Source of the DNA: Cenococcum geophilum
Taxonomy: Eukaryota
DNA: 64,000 nucleotides
Direction: 5' to 3'
Assembly: GCA_050273025.1 (NCBI GenBank)
Contig: CP158635.1
Coordinates: 4,526,001-4,590,000 of the forward strand
The position numbers and the translations under genes are program-made. Shown piece by piece: positions 37,071 to 47,715 of this stretch (position 1 is its first letter; every line of letters begins with the position of its first letter). The notes under the pieces are model-generated. The model saw only the letters and a list, made by a program, of their open reading frames with translations, ran no database searches and had not been told where the DNA came from.

Positions 37071-40000
37071 TATGGGAGGGTACGACCTCTCTAAGATAGG
37101 AAAGTCACAGTGCTGTTAGTCAGTCTGTCAGTTAGTCTGTTAGTCGGTCTGTCAGTCGGTCACAATTAGTTAGAATTAAGTAGTAAGAAGAGAAAGAAAA
37201 GAGTGTATTTAAGGAAAGTTGTGTGTCTATTGGTATCGCCTAAGTTGTTAAAGACTCTAAGGGCTCTAGACCGATCTATATAACTTATAAAAGGCCTAGG
37301 CTCTCCCAAAGCTATGCCTAATCTAAATATTAAATTTAGGGGCTAAATTACACTACTATATACCTCCCCTACCTAAGTTGTTGTCCCCTAACAACTTCTA
37401 AAACTCTAAAACTCCTTATCTTTAAAATGAAGACGCGGTAGGTAATCGCATGCGTTCCTTGCCCTTACTACGAACTTAAGATAGTAAACAAGGAGACTCC
37501 GTTCTGGTTGAATGAGACTGTTTTTGTCTACTTGGCTGAGTAGTAAAAGAGACCTTAGACTAGCGGCTTTTAGATAACATAGCTCTTTTACGCCCTTCTA
37601 TTTGCTTAGTTCTGTCCCATAATTCTTTAGGCAACTCTATATAACTCTATCCTTCTACAATAATTAGGGGCACTCTACTTAGATCTACTATAATAGCTAA
37701 AGGATTAATTCTATTATTGATATAGTAGAAGTAAGAGCGGCTATTAAAGCGTTCTATCTTAGTTATACGCATTAGCCTAAATGCATCTTTATAATTCTTA
37801 ACGGCCCTAAGATAGTAGGAATGCATCTATTTCCTAACTTTGTTCCCGTTACTATTAAGAAGAAGGTTATAATCTTAAATTACCGCTAGAGAATCCTATT
37901 ATCGTTTACTAAGAAGGGCGTTAGATAGAGCGCTGGCAGCTATAAGCTTAACTGCTATAGGGAAGCGATATAGAATTATACCGTAGAGATTAGTATATCC
38001 AGATGGCGTACGGGGCGGCGCTCTTAAGTCTTAGTGCGCATCTGCCAACTCTGCCTAAGTACCTCCTTTAGTAACCTTAAGGTTATTATAATTGTCCTAA
38101 ATACTAACGAACTATAGTAGTATTGTTCGCTGGGTTTTAGTTGAAGGTCCTTTCGCTCTATAAGGAAGGTGAGGTATAGTTATACGTATATCTCCTTTCT
38201 TATATGGCTGAGCTACCTAGTTGGTTGTATACTTTTTTATGTCTTTAGTGGTCTAGTTTTAGTTAGAGATCTTATAAACGAATCCGTTACCCTTAGTCGA
38301 TTCTTATGCCTTAAGATCCTCCTACTATAATTCTAGGTGGTGATGCATACCGGGTAGGATAATTATGTAGTTATCCTTAGTCTTATTATCTAGAGAAACG
38401 CTCCCTTAGATTATATTAGTACTGTATCCACTTTTAAGGAGCGAGGGAATATTAACGTTAATATGATGGAAAGCTGTAGAGTCTCCTTTAACCGCGAATT
38501 TCGCATAATAAGGGTAGGAAATGAGTTGCCACTAGCTGTTAGGCCTAAGAGCGTAATAGAGACGATAATACTAAGGGTTTTGTCTTATTAGCTGTTGGTA
38601 GAGACTATAGACCATCGTTCTTAATTAGCTATAATTTAGCCGCCCATTAATTAGACGCTAATGGTGGCGGTATATATGCATTTCCTTATTAATTATTGCT
38701 AAGATACCAGAATCCCACCACCATCTAAATATATTCAAAATTACAGATTCTTCTCGCTGCCACACTTCTTAGTTTTTTAGTGATATTATCCAATTAAGCA
38801 AAGCCTCTCTGTTATATAAAAACCTTAGTACTAAGTTATAAATAAACTTATACGGTTTTAAGGAATTGGATAAAACTAGAGGTCTATAAGCTTTTCTAAA
38901 CTAAGAGTACGTAGTAGGATCGGTTTTTATAGTGCTAAGGTGGTTATAAGCGTGATATATTAAACGGAGTCTGTAATATAGTGCGGTATAGTTTAGACCC
39001 TTTATCGCCAAACCTATACGTCCTCTTATAGCTTGCGTATACATCTAGCAGACCTTATATATCTCTGGATTAGAACCAGCTGCCCTATACCAACTACATA
39101 AGAGCTTTATAACCTTAGTTAGTTTGATTTTAGTGGTTCGGTTTAGGGACGCCTTAAGATAAGCGGGCACGTTATCCTTGTAGTTATACCCTCGTTTTGT
39201 ATAGAGTACCGCTATAGTATCTACAGCCTCCTTAATATACTCCTTATCATCTCCCGGCTTAATAATGTTCTTATTAAACATTAATGCCACCCCTAGCCCT
39301 CCTACTTCTAGGTAAGTAATCGTTAGCCCTCTTCTTAGATTCCTCCTAGACAAAGATACTGGCAGCTATGGGGGTAAGCTAATAGGCGTTCTAGCCGTAA
39401 GAATGCTCTCGTTTATAGATAACAATGGCGAGTTAACTAATATAGGTGATTCTTATTAGGACAGGCTTGGCATAATACTAACGCCTCCTTCTTAAATAGG
39501 TGTTGATAGCTAAAAAGCTAAGGGATTTATTACGTTAGAAGCATGTTATAAATGTGTTTGCAGTATAAAAGCTAAGCTCTTTTCTGCTTATCTAATTTTG
39601 ATATCAGTGACCTCTAGTCCCACGGTAGTTAGTCTCCTACTTCTTGGCGGTAGGTCTTTATTTGGAATAAGGAAACTAGTTAAGTGTCTTCCTAAGCCAT
39701 AATTATTTACCACCTAGTCTAATACCGCCCTTCCTAGCATCTTTAGCGCGAGCGCGAAATCGGTTGGCTATAGTTAAGTAGTGTTCTTAATGCCGCGCCC
39801 TAGATATTCGAGCCTGTTAATTAGGGCCTTATTAACTCGTGCCGTTACTTTATAAAGTGGGTAAATAGTGAGCTTTCGGGCGGTAAAAAGGAAGTGGTAG
39901 GAGACCGCGTGTTTAAGTGGACCGTTAAGAACACCTTATCCTCAGGACTTTCGGATAGTTTCTCTAGCTTTATTATACTAATTTCTTTAATCTTTTGCCA

Positions 40001-43000
40001 TCTTACTAACGTTAGAGATGTCCTTAAAAATTAATAAAAACGTGTCCCTTCTTAAAGATGCTTATAGCCCGTTATCCTGGTTAACGAAATTAACTACTAC
40101 ACTAGCAGCATCTGCGTAGTTTTCTTAAGAGAGTAGAATTTCGTTACAGATTTAGAGGAGCACTACCCGACGCCGATTGACTATAAAGCCTCTGACTTCT
40201 ACAAGGACGTCACTAATCTATTACTTAGCTCCTTTATATAGTACTAAAGGTCTACTAAATAAAGATATAATAAACGTACTATTGTTAATTCTGTTTAATT
40301 TGTGACTTTAACTAATTATAGCTGTGTTTAAGGTTTATTAAGGGTAAAAAGGTAAAGTTCTAAATAGGGTTTCCTAATCTAAATGGTCTACCGAATCTAG
40401 GTAGTGGTATAGAGTTCTACTGGCTCTAATCGTTAAATAGACCAATTATAATTTTCCATCCCTAGGATGGAAAATCACTATTAGCTTAGTAAAGGCGGTA
40501 AGCGGAACTAATATCTTTACAGTGAACAATACTAGATAGTTATACGTAAACATTTTTCTGTCCTTACCTTACTGCCACTACGTATTAGATTCCTATAACT
40601 AAAAAAAGTAAATAAGAAAGCGTAATAGAAAGAGCTTTAGGAAATATAGTAAATAAACGGATGGATTGCACGGCTATTATCTATATCCCCTCCCCTACCT
40701 TAGAACTTAACTGTCCCCTAGTTAAATATTTCGTACTTAGTTCTATCAAACGATCTTTCTAGAACGCGCACTTCTTAAACTACACGGCGTTGCAATACTA
40801 GTGGATTTTATATAACATCCTTCTTAGGTTCTAGCTCTGCTGTTATTTCTTATAGCATAGTTCCGCCTAACTAGTTAAGCTAGTCTTCCTAGTGGACCTT
40901 AAATATCCGTTGTTAATAGAACTTCTTTAATTTATTCCCTGGAGTTTAATCACGGAATGGCATGCCGTTAAGATCCTTAATTAAGTACTATCCTTTATAA
41001 GGGTAACTCTTATATACGCGGAACAGGCTTAGCCATTTTAGATTTAACTTACAACTACTAGAATAGTCTTACTTAAGCTGCGTGTTATAAAGCATAACTA
41101 TATTTCTAACCTTAAATCCGTCCTAGCGAATATGGTAGGTGTTATTAAAGTACTCCTTATTTGCTACTCTTAGTCGTTTTATACGCGTAATAGCCTCTTT
41201 TATATCTGCATCCCTTTAGTCAAACTACTTTACACAAAGTGCTAGTAGCTCTACAGTGGTCCGGACTGTTTGCTAAGGCAGCGTCTACTAAGTGGGTATA
41301 TAGAGTTTAATAGGAAGGATATGCTTATATCCGCATATAACTCTTGCTAGTGTTATTCCTATAAGCCGCTTAATAGTTATCCTATCTGCCTATAAAATAG
41401 TATAAAGATTATCTAGCTATAAGCCATCTATCTTCGCTAAAGTATCTATTATAGGTCTATAGCCTCGCTCTATAAAGCCTTACGCCTAAGCGTAGTAAGT
41501 AAAAGCTATAACCCTCTTAATATTATAGAGCTCTATAAGCGCAGCGGTAACGTTAGTATTCTCTCTTCCACTATCTATAGAGAGCTGTCTGAATGCTCCC
41601 TATTAGTAGATAATATCTTTATAGAGGAACTTCGCTATACTTTTTATATCCTTATTTTAAAGGGCCCAAGCCTCTACCTATCTAGATATATATTCTTAAG
41701 TAATAGCTAGGTACTGGAATCCGAGATAGCTTAAAGGCATAAACGTAATATCCACTACTACTTATTACTATAAGGTGGACTCCTATATAGGGTATATTAC
41801 TTCTTCTTCCTATCCCGGCTATTGCTCCTAGTATTATAGACACAACTTAATATGCTATGATATCTAATCCCATAGCCCTAGCCACCAATATTAATTTAAG
41901 ACCCTCTAATATATTCCCTTTTGTCCGTAATATCCGCTTTAATTATAAAGGCTTTTAATAATCTCCTACTAAGCGTCCTTATTATTAACTACCCTTTATA
42001 TTAGTATATTTTTCAACTACTGGCGAAAGAGCTGTTAATTACGCACTAGGAACTTTAGCGTATATCGTTTAAACTTTTTAAACTCTTTAGTATTTATCTC
42101 TTCCGGACGTTATAAGGTTACTAGCCACTTTGTAATCTTTTAAGATTTCTCTAAATATAAGTCTTTTAATGGTAGACCCGCTTCCATTTTAAGAGGGGCA
42201 GCTATATATTTTAAGGCACTTAGTTTATAGTTAATAAACTCTTTAATATCCTTAGTTAGCTTATTAGGTTGTTTACCATTAGGTAGTCGTCACAAAAGTC
42301 CATTAGCTAGGCTATTCTTCTTCCCCGGCATATATCTGATATTAAAGTCCTATAGCTAGATCCATGCTAGCTATCTTGTTATTAAGGCTCCGGGTAAATT
42401 AGTGGCGGCATAATTTAATTATGCGACTAGGGTATTTGCGTCCGTCTCTACTATAAAGTGAACACCGTATAGGTATACGCGACACTTCTTTAATATATAT
42501 ACTAATGCCCGATATTTAAGCTTTCCTAAGTTATATTTCTGCTCCGCCTAAGACTAGATGCCGCTTTTATATTAACACAGGTAATAATAACCTTGCACGT
42601 CTAGTTGTATAAGGCCGCACCCCTATCTATTCTTACATCTATTAACGGCGAGAATAATTAGCCTAGCCCCTTTACTATAATCTAGCTAAACTAATACGGG
42701 TGTAGTAGTGACTATATACTTTAGAGTCTTTATAGCGGCTATCTGCTCTATACCCTATACAAACAGAACGTTCACTTATAGTAGTCGGAAGATTGGCTCT
42801 GCCTTAATTATAAAGTCTTCTACCTATATTTAGTAATATACGACAACTCCTAAGAACGCTTAGGCCGATGTAACGTCTTTATAGTCTTTCTAGTAAATGA
42901 TCTTTACGACCTTTAACTCTTCCGGATATTATCCTTTTCTATTATAGCGGTAACCAACCACTATAATCTCGTCTTTATAGAAATGAGACTTTGCGCCTAA

Positions 43001-46000
43001 GATCGTATACCTAGCTCATTCCAAATCTATAAGCACCCCGTCTAGCTATATAATATATTCCAGAATGTATCTACATACACCTAAAAGGCTCTCCTCCCTA
43101 TTATATACTGTCTGTGGGCCTTTTACTATAATATTATCTAGAAATGGCAGGGCATGGTGTGGGATGTGTCATTCTAAGATCTTAGTAATCATCCGCACGA
43201 ACTAGGCTACGGAATTTATGCCTCCCATAGGTACCGTCATTTATTATAGAAGTCCCAAAGGTGTTGCAAAAGCCGTTAGGTTCCGGCTTTCTACATTTAG
43301 CTCCAATTAGTTATAGCCCAAAAAGAAGTCCACTAGAGACATAACCTTATACCCCATAAACTCCTTGGAAAATTCATTAGCATATAGCGGCAGATTTGCG
43401 TCCCTAACAGTTACTCGGTTAATATTTATTGCCGCGTTAATTAATTGGTACTTATTGCGTTCCTTCTTACTTATAAGAAACCATAGATTCCTATATAGGC
43501 TTTTGCAATATTCTAGAGTCCCTTAAGCTAGTCATTCTCGTAACATATTTATTACTTCTCCTCATAGGGCCCTAGGTACTAGAAAGTTCGGTACTTACTA
43601 TACTTCATACGGCACGGTTTTAATCTTCAGTAGTAGAGTTACGTCTTTGCTGACGCGACCTATCTTAGAGAACTCCTATACTAGAGCCTCTTCTTGGTTA
43701 AACAACATGGCCTTAAGGATCTCTCGTTCTCTTAGCTAAATATCTCCTATAATTATGCGCTCTAATTATTCTGGCTTTAGTTGTACACCGCAGGCTAGCT
43801 TAGTGTATTGCGGCTTAAGAAAATAATTATATAGTTTAAGAGGCAATCCTTAGATGGACGCCTTCTGTTAACGTAAGGCCACCTCTTGCTATTTCACTAT
43901 ACCTCCTATAACTGTTCCATCTAGTGCTAATAAATTAACTAGGTGGACCTTATCTGCCTTCCGTTTATATACGGTTGCTATATTTATGGCACTTAGTTAG
44001 GCCTTACTCCGGCAGCTTTTTATTTACATTATAAATAGATCCGTTGTCTTTAACATTTAATATATAAGGGATTTAGCTTTTGCTTTAAATACTAGCTTCC
44101 AATTCTTTCTTAAGTATTTCTTTAGGACTTTCTTTAACGTTTTACTGTCAAGCTCTCTCTATCTAATATTATGCTCCTCTCCCTACCAATGGCTCTGTTT
44201 AGCGGATATCTAAAACGGTATACGTCCGTGTTGGAGCCATACCTTATTTCCCTTCTCTTTATTCTTAATATCCTCCTTATCCTAATGCGCTGGGTTATAA
44301 GTAACCCCGGATACAATCCTAGTGGTTATACTAGCTATACATTTCCTAAACTGTTTTCCATACTAATACCTTTATCTAGTTTAAAGAACATCGCATCTTT
44401 ATAGGACGTTAAGAACCTTATTTCGACTCTGCTATCTTCTAATTAAATAATATAAGATACCTAACCTGTTGCGGTTTGTTTTGTTACTAGTCTAGCCCTT
44501 ACTAACTATAGCTTACTAAGTATTACCTTATATGACATTTCCCCTACAGCAATAAACGTTATAGATATTAAGACGTTACCTATCACTATAGGGACTGTAT
44601 ATACTAGCCCAATGAACTTAGACTAAGTTCCATTTGTAGATGTTAGACGCGCGCCTTGTAACTATAAAGGCAGACTTAATATTAGTAGGCTATGTCGTAG
44701 GGCTACGCTTTCCTTAATTAGGTTAAGCTCAGCTCTAGAGTTAATTAGGCATTTAGCCCTTCCGTCTCCTATCTGCGCTTCTACCTTTAGGTATTACCTT
44801 TAAAACCGGACAAATCCTACTTCTTGTTCGATCTGGTCTACTTCGGTAGTTATTAGGCCGGCTTAATTAGTATAGAACGTTAGGTGTGCTAATAACACGG
44901 ATGCCTTAACGTCCTCCTACTTCTATTAGTAAGGCTCCGTAAGGGGTAGCGAGAGAGGCTTAAAGAATAGCCTTATAACTTTAGGTATATACACAAGACA
45001 GTCACCAATAATAACTTTAATGGTTTTTGACAAGATCTTATCCGCCATTACAGTTAGGCTTAGGACGTTTCCTTTTAGTATGTCTATTATCCTAACTGGC
45101 TTTAGTTATAATGCTTTAACTATCGTTATTATATCCACTATTTGCTCCGTCTGTCCTAGCTATTCGGTGTAATTTATTTTATTACCCCTATTACTGCTTA
45201 ACGGTAGTAGAGGAGCCTACTGCTAGGGCTATAGTGCAATTTAGATATGTCCTCCTAATTATATATTTTAAACCGTTGCTAGTCGCGGACCAGATGGTTT
45301 TAGAGGCTGTTTTGTTACCCTTACTTCCCCTTACGGTCTCCTAAGATTATATACCCACGGCGTAGGCTATAACTAGGTTGCGGCCCCTACCGAATTAATG
45401 TATATCGACTCTACTTGGTATATATCTTCCCAGGACTTACCAAGTTCCTCTTTGCTTTTAGCGTCACTACCCTCTATAAGCTCTACGGAAGTTGCCTTTA
45501 GTTAGACACCTGTCGCTAGCGTATTAGGATTAATATTCGCGTTCTACCTTAGCTAGTCTTTAAGGAACTAAATCTAATTGTCGCTCGGTAAATACGGAAT
45601 TGTATTTCCTAGGCGCTTACGTATTTTAGCGTATATTTGGTTGTTTTTGTTTATATATAGGAAACCATAATAAACTAACTCTTTAAGCTCTGGACACTGA
45701 TTAATAAAATGATAGGCACCCCCGCATCCATAATACGTCTGATTTTGTGTCTAGTATGCGCTAAAGTTCCTTAGCCCTCTATACCTTCCTAGGCCCGGCT
45801 TATATTATTCTTATAGCGCTCCCTTATAGGGCGGCTGCGGTTTATTGTTACCTAGTGCCGGTTATAGGTCCATTTATTCTTAACGCATTAACGCCCTATT
45901 TAGGAGCTATATGTACCATATTAGATCTTAGCAAATCCTATCTAGAAACGGCATTAAAGATATAACGCCTGCTAATTTAACCGTCCTAAGATTAAGCTTC

Positions 46001-47711
46001 CGGAGTTAATTAGTAAGTTTCTCTAGTTTGGGGTCTGTTTCCTAAGTTGTTTAACGGGTATTTGCTAACTTGCTTGGCTAAGAGACTATAGGTAGTTAAA
46101 GGGCAGTATCTCTTTGGTTTATTATAGCTGGTTGCTAATTATGGAATTGTTTAACTAGCTAATAAAGGCCTTATTCCTTAGGATTTATTATTAATAACTA
46201 ATTAGCGCCTTTATGTGAATTAAGCCTGTCTTCTACAGCTCTCCTCAGCAGGTGGAAGTTAAAAGACTCTTGCCTATTAGGGTCGGCTTCTGTTTTAGTT
46301 ATTATATATCTTTAGTATTTAAATAGGAGTCCTCTTGCGAACTAGTACCCTTATTTACGGTTTTCTAAATTACCAGCCTTAGTAACCTTTTGGGAGATTA
46401 ACGTGAACTGCCTATAGTATTCGCGTATACTGCTAGGTGGAGTATTCCTATACTGCAGTATATAAGCTTTTAAGAATTCTACCGTTTTAACTTATTAAAA
46501 ATAGTTACTTCCTTAGTAGTCTGTCCTAAGCTTTCCTATAAGTTCCATCTAGTTACTAATAGCAAACTTAGGCAGATTTCTAATCTATGTCCCTATCTAA
46601 TAGTCGTAATACTCTGGAAGTCCTTAATACTTTTTGTTATCTATAATACAGTGCTAGATACATAGCCGCTTATACTGCTTAATAAATTGCAACACGTTTT
46701 ATCCCGTAAAGTAAGGGGTCCTAGGGGTTCCCAGAGCCGGCATAGGCTGGGCTATAATATATACCTTATCTCGTTCTATTAGTAGTCTAGTAGAAGGTAG
46801 CGGACCTATAGTTTTTTTAGGGACAGGCAGGTGGACCTTGTAACCCCTATCCTCTGTCTGTTAAGGGTTATCGGTCCCTAACATTATAGGAGTTAGGGTT
46901 GGTATCGCATGCCCTAGTTTAGGAGAGCTTCGCGGTTTAATAGGCTGCTTACTTTCCTCTCCCTTTTTAGCGCCCTTACCGTTATTATAGAATAGGCCTA
47001 ATATTCCTAATAATCCCTTTACTAGTACTATCGCCATTATTATAAATTTAAAGGTAGCTCCGATAAATACGAGAATAATAGTATAGACTGTTGTAAATAT
47101 AGTAAATAAAATGTAAAAGATTTTTCTCTGCCGTTCCTGGTGTGCCATAGTTCTTCCTTTTATCCTTTGTCTTACTATGCTATATACCCACCTTTTTATT
47201 ACTGCTTGCCGACCACTATTCCCGTATAGAAAACTCAGCAAGTGTCGTCGGTTTATTCTTTGTAGTGGTGGCTGCGCATAGGTCGCTAATATGCCCGTGC
47301 TTCTTAGTCTTAGTCATTCTATCACAGTTTTAGATCGTTCCTATGCGTCTCCTGTATATAGAGCACCAGACTTTTAATCTAAAGAGCTTGCTGTCGTCCT
47401 TATATGGAATGCTATAAAATATATAGGAGGGTACGACCTCTCTAAGATAGGAAAGTCACAGTGCTGTTAGTTAGTCTGTTAGTTAGTCTGTCGGTCAGTC
47501 TGTCGGTCGGTTACAATTAGTCAGAATTAAGCAGTAAGAAGAGAAAGAAAAGAGTGTATTTAAGGAAAGTTGTGTGTCTATTGGTGTTGCCTAAGTTATT
47601 AAAGACTCTAAGGGCTCTAGACCGATCTATATAACTTGTGGAAGGCCTAGGCTCTCCCGAAGCTATGCCTAATCTAGATGTTAAATCTAGGGGCCAAATT
47701 ACACCACCACA
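37071..47711 (-). mobile_element. full-length 10.6-kb Ylt1-like Ty3/gypsy LTR retrotransposon with an extra ORF
   Basis: 290-bp LTRs 47422-47711 (5') and 37071-37360 (3'), 4-bp TSD GTAC, PPT aggggagg. Gag (~47150-45000, CxxCxxxxHxxxxC-like ~45720), protease CLI(D)SGAELN ~44740, RT with PMGG.NSV and LPFL(DD)I.VKGP ~43130, RNase H ~42650, integrase ~41950-41300; pol ends ~40740. Confidence 0.92.
37422..40319 (-). pseudogene. retrotransposon ORF3, putative PhyH-like 2OG-Fe(II) dioxygenase-fold protein (RIP-damaged, ~966 codons)
   Basis: One continuous reading frame with no frameshift; stops fall at plausible Gln/Trp/Arg positions. Contains LISYPYYAKFAVKGDSTAFHHI(D)VNIP..I(Q)GSVSLD..IILPGMHHHL..KKGD.RIT.PHLP(HG)AKGPST..RT.L(PW)FV. 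Start inferred from RIP'd ATG>ATA at 40319. Confidence 0.72.
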
Positions 47712-47715
47712 GTAC

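Noticed and set aside
37427..39400. Plus-strand (antisense) ORF in the 3' region of the Ylt1-like element
   Set aside because: The plus frames read as Ser-rich shadows; the minus frame is continuous and motif-bearing.
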